A stretch of DNA of 64,000 bases from the NCBI RefSeq assembly GCF_004010195.1, contig NC_057718.1, forward strand, positions 55,544,422-55,608,421, given 5' to 3'. The notes beneath the pieces are model-generated. The model saw nothing but the letters and a program-made list of their open reading frames with translations, was not told where the DNA came from and made no database searches. Positions 40,886 through 55,574 of this stretch are shown here, piece after piece. How positions within the stretch are numbered: position 1 is the stretch's first letter; each line of letters starts with the position of its first letter. A program made the position numbers and the translations under genes. Origin of the DNA: Chiloscyllium plagiosum (taxonomy: Eukaryota).

Positions 40886-41052
40886 AGAAAGTGAGATCTG
40901 CAGATGCTGGAGATCAGAGTCGAAAAATGTGGCGCTGGAAAAGCACAGCATGTCAGGCCACATTCCTGATGAAGGGCTTACGCATAAAACATGATTCCCC
41001 TGCTCCTCGGATGCTGCCTGACCTGTTGTGCTTTTCAGCACCACTTTTCAAC
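40886..41052. mobile_element. Fold-back family C pLTR insertion
   Basis: Inverted arms gctggaaaagcacagc / gttgtgcttttcagc; decayed core attc-CTGATGA-agggc at about 40962. Confidence 0.75.
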
Positions 41053-41199
41053 CCTTCATACAAGGTTCACTTGGTGTAATACCTATTGTTCTCATACCCC
41101 TAAAAGTCTTACAACTTCTGCTGTAGGAGGAAGGGATGTGATAAAGGAGGGCTCTTGTTGATCACAACTAAGTTTGTAAGACCATCAATAGGCAGCAGT

Positions 41200-42060
41200 A
41201 GAGGGGAAAGTTGATATGGAGGCAACCATGCAGAGGAAGACATTGATGAAGAAGGTCATGGTATGTCAGCATGTCTTCAGGATGTGCATAAACTAGCTCG
41301 AGATGCACAAGAGGCAATGCCAGAGACTCCTAAAACTGTTCTTGAAAGCAGTCACTGAAATTTGCCAGATCCCATTGTAGACCTGCAGCCACACGAATTT
41401 GGCAGCAGCCCTATGCCTGCAACTCTCAAAGTGATTCTGTTGTTCAGCCTGTTTTCCACTATTTGTTTCCAGGGCTTCAAAGACATTGTGTGGTATTTTG
41501 TTTGCCTGAACCCCACAGGTATATCAAAGAGGTGACCAATGCCCTCTTTTTTATTCATGTCAATGAGTTAATGGTCCAGCACAGATAATGTATATCACAA
41601 GGGATTCTGTGGTCTACAGTCACAACTGAGATTGTTTCCTTTGGAGCTTTCATGACTCCTTTATGTTGCAGAAATAGCAGCTGTCTGAGATTTCTCAGGC
41701 ACCTTTCTAGATTCATGGCTGAATCCTTGGTGACGAGGGCAATTTACTCCCTCCCCCCAAAAAGACCTTGGTGATAGTATGGGTGATCCCCACAGTGCAG
41801 CAGAAGAACAGTACACTGCAATCCACCACAGCCATCATTGGATAGACCATTAGCAAGTTGAAAATGCACATTTATTCTCTAAACATGTCTAGAGGGTCTC
41901 TACAATATGCACTACAGTGGGTTTTATGGGTAGCATGGTATGTCGCACATTGAATGATGTGACTAGATAGCATGATGAGTTCTTATGTCAGGACAATAGG
42001 GAAAAATAAAACTCCTCTATAGATGAGGATAAATGTGATGATCCTGAGAAAGATCTCTTT
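41200..42060 (+). mobile_element. Second, more decayed Harbinger transposase remnant
   Basis: LGDEG at about 41727 and TISKLKMHIYSL at about 41847 resemble Harbinger GD.GY and TIGLLK.RFRCL blocks. Confidence 0.5.
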
Positions 42061-42913
42061 CGGGAGCAATAGCATGTGTTGTAAAATAGACAAAGTGTGA
42101 AATCCCAATTACTTACTAAAGAATAAAGCCATTATGTTCAATGATTTTAAACAAACAGAAAAATCTTTATTACAGTGTGGTCACTAAAGCAAACAGTCAA
42201 TATTATCTATCATACTCCAACATTCATAATTATCACGAGATTAACAAGAATTAACACAGTAGCCAAACACCCAAAAGCTGCACATTAAATGGCAGACACA
42301 ATGACATGTCCCATGAGTTTTCTTGCTACAGTGATTACTGAGTCAGAAAAAAGTCCTTTAAACTCTGTCTTCCTCATGTAGGATATTAGCTCCTGTCCTT
42401 CAACAATGTATTTTAGAATTTCCTACACCACTGGCTCCAACCTTCTTGTTACTTCTGCCTGCAAGAGATTGTAAGGCATTTGGATTCCAGTTCAGACTGC
42501 CTCAGCAACTGCTCACCCTACAGTTACTCAAACTCTTCTGAGACTGTGCCCCATTGGATTTCTTAGGCTGAATCCTAGGATCTAATTATCAATATAATCT
42601 CTGTTCTCAAGATGTACTGAGAAGACTTGGCTTCAGCTTTACTGATCTGACATTGTTCCCAGTTTTCTTGAGCTGTAGCTACCAAGCTGCACAGAACTGC
42701 CACTGTATTTTTGCTGTTACTCTCAAGACTCTTGCCTCTGGGATCCTACTGCTTCTCCAAACCAGAATAATCTAGTCACCTGGGCTTGCCTGTATGCCCA
42801 AAAGCACAGTCCTGAAGTTGGTTTTTGCCCCCTCTCAAAGGAAACCCAGAATGGAGCATGTGCAGTCCTTCCCCCTGTTGTATTCTGCACTTGTGCTGGA
42901 GCCCCATACCAAG

Positions 42914-42999
42914 CTCCTTGGATGCTGCCTGAACTGCTGTGCTCTTCCAGCACCACTAATCCAGAATCTGGTTTCCAGCATCTGCAGTCATTGTTTTTA
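42914..42999 (+). mobile_element. 86-bp pLTR tail insertion
   Basis: 12-bp duplication ccccataccaag at 42902-42913 and 43000-43011. Confidence 0.8.
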
Positions 43000-43289
43000 C
43001 CCCATACCAAGGCCTAGCCTCAACCCCAACACATACCAAGTAATGTTACAGGAAATGGATTCCCTCACAACATACATGAACCTTCTCTGGATATCAAAGC
43101 CCTTTAGAGCCCAGGGGTATCAGATGCAATCGGCAATCTCAGAGTCACAAAAGCATGCATGCACTCATGTATACACATGTATGCACACAGGCACACAGGA
43201 ATTCCTGGCACTTTAATTTGTTTAAAGGTAGTGTAATCCAGTCACTTTTATGCATTTTGGCCTCCCCATCTGCTTTCCTGAGAACTGGC

Positions 43290-43565
43290 TCTGAAAGGCT
43301 GGACCATTTTGGGATTGAGATGAGAAGCCGTTACTTCACCTAGATGCCAGTGAGTCTTTGGAATTCTTTATTCCAGAGGGCTGTGAAAACACAATTATGT
43401 TCAAGACTGAGGTCAATAGATTGCTATATATTAAAGATATCAAACATATGGAAGTGTTGCAGTAAAATGGCATTGAAGTGGAAGGTGAATCTTGCCTTAT
43501 TTGAATTGTGGAAACAGACTTGAAGGACCAAATGGCCAGTTCCTGCCCCTATTTTCTACGTGCCT
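43290..43565 (+). mobile_element. CR1 3' tail fragment
   Basis: EMRSRYFT...SLWNSL remnant; tail aatggccagttcctgcccct. Confidence 0.65.
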
Positions 43566-44945
43566 ATTGTGGCTATTGGCATCAGGGCCTGTTTGGCATT
43601 GGTAATTGGCTGGCTGTCCTGGCTGCAGATCCTTAATTGGTTTTTGCTGATATAATCCTAGCAGATGTCCTGCCATTCATCCATGTGTGCCACTGATGTA
43701 CATTTTTCCTCGTGCCAGGCTGTTTGACCAATGTTTCAAGTTGACGACTCTTGTCAGACCAATCTTAAATCAGTGTTCTGACTCCCACACTACGCCATGC
43801 AAGCCTAGTTTAAGAGATCAGAGTCTTAGTCCTTAGAGACAAATGATGAAACTGCCTGACACTGAGGGAAGAAATACATTAAATAACAAAGCACATCATG
43901 GGTTGCCATCAGCTCTTCATTGTTAGTGTAGCTCTCACCTTCCTTTGTTTGTATTTTATTTTTCTTCATGCCCAGTCTGTATTTCATGCAACTTCCATCC
44001 AGTTTGTGTTTATCTCTACGTCTAATTTATGTTTCACTCTCTCCCTGCCCTGCGATGTGTCTGTCTCTTTTTCCCCCTCTTCGCCCAAGTTTGTAATTTT
44101 CTCTGTGTCCCTTCGATGTCTTTCTGTCTGTATTTCTTCAGTTTGTTTCTTTATTTCATTGTCCTTCTGCTTGTGTTGATCTTTGACTCTCACTCACTCC
44201 TTCAGTTGCTCTGAGTATTCAGAATGTGTCTGCATGATACTTGTCAGCCCTGTCAACAGTACATTCTGAATAATTCCTGGAATTGCCTCCCTAACAGCAT
44301 TGTAGGTCAACCTACAGCAGCTGAACTGCAGCAATTCAAGGTGACCACTCACTCACCACTTCTCAAGGGCAACTAGTGACAGGCAATAAATGCTGGCCAG
44401 CCAGCAATGCCCACATCCCACAAATAAGTATAGAAAAATGTGGAGAACAACAAGCCTCAGAAGACTGATTGCAAGCCACAGTAGCCAAGTGTGCATGCGT
44501 AAGCTGCGCATATGGGAAGTAATTTTTCCAATTGATTTACCAGCAGCACTCAGGAGATCAATTGGCCATTCCAATAAAAGTTATGAACTCTGAGATGTAC
44601 TATTGATTGCTGTTGCTGGATGCAGTATGAAAATTGCTACTATGATCTTGTGACACTCAACTATGCAGACTCATAAACGACTCAGTGAAGCTTAGGATTC
44701 CAGTCCAACAGGTTTCGCCTGGAGTATGTTTGGTTTTGCATGTCTTGACAGTTTTGTTTGGTCAATCTTGGCATCTGCATTACTGTTAATGATGGAAGGC
44801 AGCTAAAATTGGCTTTTTTCTACAATTTATTTTATTCAAGTGTATTAATAGCTGCAATCCTGTCTATTTAAGATTTCTATGATTTCTCTTGATGTTTGCA
44901 ATTGCATACAAATTGTGAACTTTGATTAGGATTTATAGTCCTTAA

Positions 44946-45143
<198 letters not shown>

Positions 45144-46159
45144 TAAAAATACTTCTCAAGTAGCTGTTTTCATTGCAGTAGAACTTTCTTTGCTTACCTC
45201 TTCCAAAGACTTCAATGTTGTAAAACTGCAAAGCCAATAAATTAAAAAAACTTAGTATTTTGAAAGAACCCTGTCCTATCCCCATTTTAGTCCAATGTGG
45301 AAAACTCATGTTGAAATTCATTTGTCATAGTTTTGCTCACTCACCTAATCTTTGATATATCTTTGTAATTTTTGATAACTCAGACTGAGATTACAAGCAA
45401 ACAACAAAAAAATGGTCTTATGGTTGGAAGAAACCATCCTGGGGAAAGAACAGTTCAATACCACAAGTCCATAGGATTGTATATGATATCTGCTTTTGCT
45501 TCTCAAGACCATCTTTGCTCTGATCTTCTTTCTGGATTCTTTCATTATTTTGCAGAAAGGATAGGGTCATTGGAACACTAATTATAAAGTTTCTTAAATA
45601 CTGGGCAAAAGTAATAGTTTACAACAACTAACGGGAAAATATCTGGCTTTCCTCAGGCATCAGTTACTTTTATTTTAGGTAGATAGAGACATTAGAACCT
45701 GCTTCTTCTAGCCTGGAGGTCAACTCCCTCTATCATTCACATAAAGCAGCTGTTCAGCTGCTCATGAACCAATCAGTATGTTGTCACCAGGCTGATGACC
45801 ACAACTGGTCACAAATGCAAAAACCAATCAGCAATCTGGCTAGCTAAATCTCATTCTGCACACACAACCCAGTGCCATGCTTGCTTAACTCCCATTCCCC
45901 AACTGCTTGCAAATTGGCAGCACTAACTCAACTCTTATTGAATTCCAATAATTTGTTTATAAATGTGCAGCAGTTCCTCCCTCAGTCCTTGGTTTAAAGC
46001 AGTCATTTCCCCAATTCAGTTCACAAGCAAAAATAAAAAAAAATTTTAAAATGCACTTTTGTACTCGAGAGTCAGAAGATGATTTACTCACTTTAAATTT
46101 CACAACCTCTGACCTATTCTTGTACTCGTAATATCCATATAGATGTTCCAATTATATTT

Positions 46160-48180
46160 TTGCTCAATGGCTGTTGAGGATGAATATTCAGCAATAATAA
46201 AACCTTTGACTTTGAAACTGAGGTGATTAGACTCTTTGTTTTTGGAGATAGTTATATCCTTGCATTTAAGTGGTATGAATGTTACTTGCTGTTTACAATC
46301 ACAACCCTCAATTTTGGGATTGCTACAAATGGGCAGGGTCTGCTTCATTATCTGAGAAATTCTGAATGGAACTGAGCACTCTGCAATCATCAGTGAACAA
46401 CTCAACTTTTGATCTTATCACGAAGGAGAGGTCATTAATGAAGGAGCTAAAGATGGTTGTCCTGGACAGTAGCTTGTGGAATTTTTGTGTAAGTGTTCTG
46501 GGACTGAGTTGATTGGCCTCCAACAGCTACAACATCTTTCCTTTGTGGTGGATATGGCTCCAGTCTGTGAAGAGGTTCAATTTTACTCGTCCTCCTTGAT
46601 GTCACCTTTGATCAAATGCTGGCATAATGTAAGGAATGGTCACCAATGCTGTAATGTGGTCATCAATAAAGTGACATTGCACAACCCAAACTGAGCATTG
46701 ATGAAAAAGTAATTATTGAGTAAGTGCCACTTGATGGTACTGTTGTCAACACCTTTCATAGCTTGGTTTGTGGTGAGAAGGCCACTATCTGACTGCCTGT
46801 CAGATCCTTCATGCATTCCTGGTTCTCTGTGTGCCACTGCTCGCTGTCCTCGAAGCAACTGCAATGGTGAAGAGATGATGTCACTCAATCACCTTCTGGA
46901 AAAAAAAACCTTTGTAAGGAAGGTAGAAAGAGATGCAATGATTTTTGTTAAGGTTAATCCCGAGCAGCTTCATGATGCAGGACTCTGTGCTCTACAGGCT
47001 TTCCCCTGGATGCACGCCAGACAGCCATCAAATGGAGAACCATTAACTTGGTGAAAGACAATCTTTGGTCTGCTCGAAATTTGTTGGTCTTCACGTGTAA
47101 AGAGTTGACCTCGACCAAGCATTGCAGACTGGCACATTCCAAGGTTTAGGACTACTTGCTGAGGAATTCACTAAAGCTACAGCTGCCACTAAGATGCAGT
47201 GGAAAAAGACCGCCATCTAGAGTCCTTCTGCCAAAGTAAAACAACTCCTTCAATTGTCAGACCCTCTTGGTGTCTGAAAATGAATATAAGTAGTTACCTA
47301 CATAAATATGAAACAGTAGAAAAGCTCTGAGAAATGTCAAATTTTCCAATATTTGTTTTCTTTTCTCTGCAAATACTCTACAAAACCTATTTAGGAGATT
47401 TTTTTATCAACTTACAGATGATACTTATGAATAGTGAATTTTTGAAATTAAAGTAATTGTTGTCAACATCTTTCATTATTTTGTGATGATTAAGAATGGA
47501 GACCGTATTGGCTGGTTTAGTTAGTCCTCATTTTGTGGAGAGGGCATACCTAGACATTTTTCTACTTTGTTGGGTAGATAGACGTTTTGTATCAGTATGA
47601 ACAGCTTGGCCAGATGAGCCCCACTAGTGTGAAATTTTTAACACTTGAGCTGCAATGTTGCCAGGCCTATGAACTTGTTATATTCATGCTCCAATGATTT
47701 TCAATATCACCTGAAGTGATACCAATTGCTTGGGATTAGCATCTGTGATGATGAGGACTCAGTAGCAGGCTAAGATCAATAACCTACTCAGTGATCATGG
47801 CTGTAGGTAGTTGTAAATGTTACATCCCTGTTCTTTACACTTGTGCTGAGTTTCACTGATTGTTTGTGTAAAAGCGTTCCTATATGATTGGAAGTAACAA
47901 AACTTGTTCACGTCAATTTGTTGGGTAGTGAGTTAACTTTGCCTATAACAAGCTGCATCTTTTATTGTAGCTTCAGGAGGTTGACACTTTTTTTATTTTT
48001 CCTGACATCTCTTTTAATCATGGCTTGATGGTCATAGTAGGATGAGGGATATGGCAGGCTTTGAAGTTGTAAAATGCAGTTTTTCTGCACTGATGGTCCA
48101 TTGATGCTTCATGAATATCCAGTTTTGTGCTGGTAGATTAATTCTGAATGTTTCACATTTGGCACGATGTGTTGACACAC
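46160..48180 (-). mobile_element. Decayed non-LTR (CR1/L2-group) LINE fragments
   Basis: TIFSSFINDLSFVIRSKVELFTDD RT motif in ORF 46323..46523. Confidence 0.65.
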
Positions 48181-49275
48181 AAGACAAGATTAACCTCAGT
48201 ATGAAGACAAAATATTGGATGGGAATTTTTCACTCCCTAGAGTATTGTGAGCAATGGCAAGAAATATGGGAAAATATAATGAAAATAAAACTGTTAAGAA
48301 AAAACATTTTCTCTCCACCGAAGGTTTTACAGTGAGCTCAAAGTCTCACAAATGAGCAATGACTATCTTACTTCCTCGCATTTGTATGCTAGTAATAGCC
48401 AAATTTGCCTCATTTTTGTGCAACTTTTAATTCTTCTCTTTCAGTGCAAGTTGGAAACTACAAACCACCAGTCTGATCACACCATATTGTTTTCAGATCA
48501 ACTCTCACACCACTTCAGCCCCTCCGGACTTGACTTTGAAGCTTAGGGCCATATATGACTTGCATGTTTCTGCCAGGTCACTACATGAAAGGAAACACAC
48601 CCATGTTGGGTGATTACACAGGATGCATCCTACGGCTCTTTAGCTCCATTCTTACTGCTTGTTCATTTTGTATTGAATTGGAAGCTGTCAGCCTCTGTGG
48701 CTTGTATTTTTTTTAACGCAAAGGGAGATGCAGCAACTTGTCATGGTTTGGAGGACCATAAGATCAAGGGAATGGACATGTTGCTGTACAGCACCATGCT
48801 GTGTTAATGTCATACCTATAGCATATGCCAGCAGCTTACACAGTAAACACAGTGCATGTGCTTTCAACGGATAATCATGTGTGAAAGTCAGAGGGAACTA
48901 GCCTTTGGTGGAGTCACGGGGTACAATAGTCCGGTGGGGTACTGCAGCAGTCAGTTAAGGGACCCATCTTCAGTACCTAATAATGTGACAAAGGGAGAGA
49001 TTGAGTATTGTGGAAATGACTGTAAGTACAATTAGCAGTTATACATGAATAGGAGAGTTGTTAGTGAGGTGTCCCAAGTGAGGGAGCTGAAAGTGCACCA
49101 GGCAGAAATAATTGGTAGTTTGAGAGAATGAAGTGGGTGACGGTTGTTGAGTGGACTGGTACATACAGTAATGAGAATTATAGTCCATAAGTCTTGGTGG
49201 GTTGAATGTGCAGTGGCAGAGTTTGAATGAGTGGTGGCCCTGTAAGTAAGAGTTAGCAGACACAAGATGTTAGCA

Positions 49276-49765
49276 CTTAGAGTCATAGAGATGTACAGCA
49301 TGGAAACAGACCCTTCGGTCCAACTCGCCCATGCCGACCAAATATCCCAACTCAGTCTAGTTCCACCTGCCAGCACCTGGCCCATATCTCTCCAAACCCT
49401 TCTTATTCATGTACCATCCAGATGCCTCTTAAATGTTGCAATTGTACTAGCCTCCACCACTTCCTCTGGCATCTCATTCCATACATGTACCACCCTCTGT
49501 GTGAAAACATTGCCCTGTAGGTCTCTTTTATATCTTTCCCCTCTCACCCTAAACCTATGCCCTCTAGTTCTGGACTCACTAGAACTAGAACTTTACCCAC
49601 CCCAGGGAAAAAACTTTGTCTATTTATCCTATCCATGCCCGTCACAATTTTATAAACCTCTATAAGACCTCCGAAGTTCCAGGGAAAACAGCCCTAGCCT
49701 ATTCAACCTCTCCCTATAGCTCAAATCCTCCAACCCTGGCAACATACTTGTAAATCTTTTCTGAA
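49276..49765 (-). mobile_element. CR1/HER1 3' fragment
   Basis: Near-identical to 1948-2415. Confidence 0.88.
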
Positions 49766-50329
49766 ATTGTAGAGACCATTAACCTCCTACCTGCACTACT
49801 ATATGTTACATTTTACCTGGAACACTGCCCTGAACCCAGGTTGCTATCTTGGAGTAGGCTGGCTAAGTCTGAAGGCAAGCCCTTCTTTGCCAGTCAGCAG
49901 GGTGAAACACTGCTGTCCTTTTCCATTGCCCTATCTGTCTGCACCTTCAGGTCCCTACCAGCAAACTGAGGAGGAGCTGACATGCCTTCCTGGGCCATTT
50001 CCTTTGGGATATGATACACGGTCGCAGTGTGAAAGGCAGCCCCTGGCAGGCAGTATCTGAAATGTTGCAAATCTGGGTTTTAAATATGGCACCAGCAGCA
50101 TAAATGTAAACTCTTGGCAGTGGCATCTAAGTATGACTTTTCTGCCACTTGAATCTATGGGATAGGTGCCAAAGACGGCAGTTGCAAAATTAATAAGATC
50201 TAGAGTGAAAGATTGTGTAAAAAATATCATGGACCATGGTGGTCTGAATGTGATGTGTTTCACTTGGGGGAAGCAAATACTTTGTCAATAAATGGTAATA
50301 TTTAGTCCATTGTATCTACAAGTGCTGTG

Positions 50330-50950
50330 CAGTGATCAGTCCTACCAATAGATAGATACATCTGCAACAAGTGGCTTGACAATGGTGAGATCAAATAGAC
50401 TTTTCCCTCATGTTGCAGCTGATACCGACTGTATCCAAAAGATGTCCTTCAAGGTTTGGTCAGTTCCGTCAATTGTGATACTACTGAGCCACTTTTGAAG
50501 TGCCTCACCCAAATTACAGTTTTTGCCCTTGCTACTATTTGTGTTTTTTCTGAAGGTGTTCAAAATGAAGGAATATTGATTTATCTGTCGAGGGAGGTGG
50601 TTTGTGATAATCAATATGTGGTTTTCTTGTGCATTTTGACATAATACCCTGATACTACATGGTGTTAGAATTAATGATGAACACATCCAGTTCCCTACCT
50701 CCTGAATATAGGGACTTGGCAGTTGGTCAGTGAATGAGTCACAGAAATAGGGGAGAGTGCAGTTGGAAATAGCAAGAGGCAGCAAGCCACTCCATACAGG
50801 ATGAAGGCCAGAGGGATGCAGAGGTGTAGAAATGACAGCCAGGACTCAGACAAGTGGCTCACTGGACAGCACAAGCACAAATCAATACAGATGCCTATTG
50901 ACCGGTCACACCAATGATGACAATTATGACAGAAAAGGTGTGTATGTCCT
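50330..50950 (-). mobile_element. LINE endonuclease-region remnant
   Basis: Weak similarity to the endonuclease region of the family at 46160-48180. Confidence 0.4.
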
Positions 50951-51635
50951 GGTGGACACAGTTGTTTTACATTAATGCTGTTTCATCTTTGGACCTGTTC
51001 TTCTACGTTTCTCTTTGCTCCTCTAATTACCCTTTTACTATGTCTCCATTTTCCTGTAATTATCTCCTTGGCCTTAATTCTGCCGATTTATTCTTATTGG
51101 TTTCACTTTTCATTTGTTTGTTGATCAGGTCAGGGTCATATTTGTTAATCCCAAGAAACAACCAGTTAAGTGGGGAGTGCACACTTTCTGGCTGGACAGT
51201 GCAGTTTTTCAGGATCTTACCATTCCAGAGCTGGTCTTGGATTGGTCCAAAGTTATAGCATCTTGTATTGTCAACCGAAGCACTCCAGAATCCAGTGATG
51301 CTTTCTGTTTGTGACGGTGCTGGATAGCCAAGCAGAAAAAGAAACTAGATGAGTGGGTTTCCATGATTTGAAATTGTCATCTTTAAAAAGAAGACAATAA
51401 ATATTAAGAATACATTCTTTGAAAAAATGTAGGGGATAAAACAGATAAGTGGATATTGAAGTAGAGATTATAAAAGGAAATTAAATATATGTTTTTTATT
51501 AAAAAAGGAAGATAATGGAAATATACGTAGCAGTAATTAAAGAAATAGCATACATGATATCTGTCACTTCTGTTGCTGTGAAAACAACAATTTAATTGAA
51601 AATGTTGATTTATTTTAAAATGTGTAGACTTATGA

Positions 51636-51992
<357 letters not shown>

Positions 51993-54087
51993 TGAGATTC
52001 AAATTATTATGTTTGTTTGCTTCTCCCCACCTACATACGTGTAGTTGTTTGCTGTTCAAAATGTATACGGTGCTGGAGTAGCATGAAACTGTTTCTGCAG
52101 ATGAGTACAGAATAACTGAATGTCAAGAAAAAGTCCTATTTGCATGTGCTATCACAGTAAGCAGTATTCTAAATGTTGTTTGACAGCTGAAAATGTGCTT
52201 AGAGTAAAAGTAAGGCATGGAAAATTTGAATTTAAATCATTTAGTCTAAAATTAATTTCCTCCATTACTAATTGGTGCATAATTCAGGTATTTTTCTTAA
52301 TTTTATCATCTGTAAAAAGACTTGTGTTAACCATTATATATTGAAATTGGAGGGGGTCAATTAACTCAGATGACTAATAATGTCAACAACATGCATCCAA
52401 TCCCTCTTGGCTGAGGTAGTTCTTGGGGCCTACGTTCTTGCTTGCCTCAAAGTTAGTAACTCTCAGTGTAATGTAGCAAGGGGTATTTGGATACTCCTTG
52501 CCTTTGAGACCATGCAAGAGCAACCAAAGGAGTTAAGGCAGAAGTTTACATCCATCTAATTCTTTAGTTTGGGTTTAGCTGTAAAAAGACCTTTTAAAAC
52601 CACCCATGGTTTGGACATAGCTGAATACCAAGGAATATACCACTACAACTACTAAAATAATTGATTTCATTTTAAAATGCATTGATAAAGCAGATTGTAT
52701 TTCAGTACGAAAATATCTTTCACAAGTGTCAATGTTTGCCTGCAATACCCAGCATGCCTGCGTGCAATAAGCATCACTCTTAAATGCCTGTCATGCATCA
52801 TATGTGAAAAGCTATATTTTGGCCTTTGACCCAGATTGTTGCCATGGCAGAGAGCCCCTTTGACAAGATGAATATAGTAGAAGACTTCAGATATCTGAAG
52901 TGTTGCCTTACAATAATAAGTGGAATGGAGTATAAAGGAAGAAATAGTGAGAGCCTATGAGAAAACTGCAATTGAAATCAGGAGGGTTATAATCTACATC
53001 TCAAGTGAAAAAATTAGATGGGCAAAAGTGGCCTACTTGAGGATTTCATAGCCAAAACAGAAATTGCTGGACAAACTCAGCAGGTCTGGCAGTACTTTTG
53101 GAGATAGTACCTGTTCTGAATTTGGATGGATCTCCAGCATCTATAGTTCTTTGTTTCATAATGTATTATCCAATGTTGGTATTCCCTGTCACCATCAATA
53201 TTCCTTCAAAATTGCTGTTAATATTTTTTTACATACCATTATATTTGTAATAGCATCTAAGTCTTTATGCAGTGTTTGAATTGAATCTTTCTGTTTAGAA
53301 CACATTCTTATATATTGTTTATTAGTCTTCAGGCTTTCTGCTGTGTTACAATATGACCATAATGGGTTTATATTTTTTGTGCTCATGCTGGTATTTAATA
53401 AGTGTGCATTAATTGTTGATTTACACATTATTGCATTCTTCCACATTAATAACTGCATGTAATATTCAAATGCAGTGATGGCTTCTTCCAACAAATCTAT
53501 TTCCACCTTGTCATCTTCATGCACTTAATGAAACTGTAGGCTCCCGATACCAGAAATCATATTGATGGAACCTCATACTAAGCTATCTGTTATTACTGAA
53601 TCATCAACGGTGCCTATGGATACATTTGTCTAAATATTGATGATTTACCATCCAAACTGTTGATATTTCATCATCTTGAGCCAACATGAATGTGTACTTT
53701 TTTAAAGAAATGCTTGCAATTCTACACTCTCCAAACTTGGCTGCCTACAGTGTCACCCTTAAACCTCTATCCAAAGCAATTTAGTGAAAGAAATCATAAA
53801 TTGATACTGAAAACTTAATTAACATTGTGAGAAGTGCAATTTTGATACCTATACAATTTTCTCTTTCTTTCCCCATTTCATTGAAATTGTGCCTACCAGC
53901 CAGTTGATAAACCCATCCCTTACTCTCTCAGTCCGTCTCCACTCATTTCACTTGAACTCTAACCATATCCTTCTTTCTGTTCCTTTCTTCCACTCCTTTA
54001 TTCTCCTTCTTATACACTATTGATCCAATTTGCTCCTTCTTCCCTCTCTTAATCTTCATCCTATTTATATATCTTTATCTTATTATT

Positions 54088-54650
54088 TATTGGAAGGGGA
54101 ATTGAGTTTCAGAGCCACAAGGTCATGCTTCAGCTGTACAAGACCCTGGTAAGGCCACACCTGGAGTATTGCGTGCAGTTCTGGTCACCACATTATAGGA
54201 AGGATGTGGAAGCTTTGGAAAGGGTTCAGAGGAGATTTACTAGGATGTTGCCTGGTATGGAAGGGAGGTCCAACGAGGAAAGGCTGAGGGAACTGAGGCT
54301 GTTTTCGTTGGAGAGAAGGTTGAAAGGTGACTTAATCGAGACATATAAGATAATCAGAGGGTTAGATAGGGTGGACAGTGAGAGCCTTTTTCCTCGTGAA
54401 GGCTAACATGAGGGGACATAGATTTAGGACAGATATTAGCTGTAGTTTCTTCACTCAGAGTAGTAGGGGCATAGAACGGCCTGCCTGCAACAGTAGTAGA
54501 CTCGCCGACGTTAAGGTCATTTAAATGGGCATTGGACATTCATATGAATAATAATGGAATGGTGTAGGATAGATGGGCATCAAATTATTTTCACAGGTTG
54601 GTGTAACATTGAGGGCTGAAGAGACTGTACTGCGCTGTAGCATTATACAT
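54088..54650 (+). mobile_element. CR1 3' fragment
   Basis: ORF 54125..54406 LYKTLVRPHLEYCVQFWSP...LERVQRRFTRM. Confidence 0.92.
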
Positions 54651-54799
54651 TCTGTAGCAATATCCCATAAACATGCCCTTGGCAGAGGCAAATTCAGTAA
54701 AATAGATTGTCTCATAAGCAATTCTAGCAGCAGGAAGAGAACCCAAGCTTTTAGCTGTAAAAGAGAGGAATGACAGCTTCCATGCCCAGCTTCATGACC

Positions 54800-55186
54800 C
54801 TCTATAACAAAATCCCGGTTTTGTGGAAGTTCGACCCCACCCCTTCATGCTGCTTCCATTATTCCAACCATTTAAAAAAAAACAAGAATTCACAAGCTGT
54901 TTACTTTATTGGCTTGGAACAGTTTGCTTGCCACCTCCATCTCAACTTCTCTTCATAATAAAACCAGGACAAAATACACTTCTTAAAGCCCTTATATCAT
55001 CACATCCATTCTTGAGTACATTTGTAAATCAATCATATGCAAATCGGAACACAATATAATGCAAACTAAAATATCAGTTTGTAAGTATGAGTAAATGTCT
55101 GTTCTTTAAAATTAACATTAATGTTGAATCTCTTTCATAAGTGCAAGCGTTTGTAAGTCGGACGTTCATAAATCGGGGACTTACTG
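54800..55186. mobile_element. Tigger-like DNA transposon end
   Basis: Terminus gtaagtcggacgttcataaatcggggacttactg, similar to 9300-9337; other boundary uncertain. Confidence 0.5.
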
Positions 55187-55574
55187 TCAAAGTGCAACCT
55201 TTGACTCAGACACCTTATTGAAGTGTAGGGCCTTGAAATGTAGCTGTGCCATACTAAAAGATCTTCTTAGCCCCAGGTATGATAGACAAGATGTTCACTA
55301 TAGCCAGTATTAACTGCTCATTACTAATTCTCCTAGAAATAGTGGTAGTGAATTATCTTCTTGAATCGCTAAGTTCCTTGAGGTTTTGAGACACCCACAG
55401 TTCTACTAAAAATGGAGTTTCAGAATTTTGAGTTGATAAAGTGTGGCAATGGAAAAAGCTTTTTCCAGCTCCACACTTTATCGACTCTGACTTGTCCAAC
55501 ATCTGTAGTCCTCACTATCTCCAAGTTTAAAATTTTGAGCCAATAACAATGAAGATAATGGTGATATCACTCCT

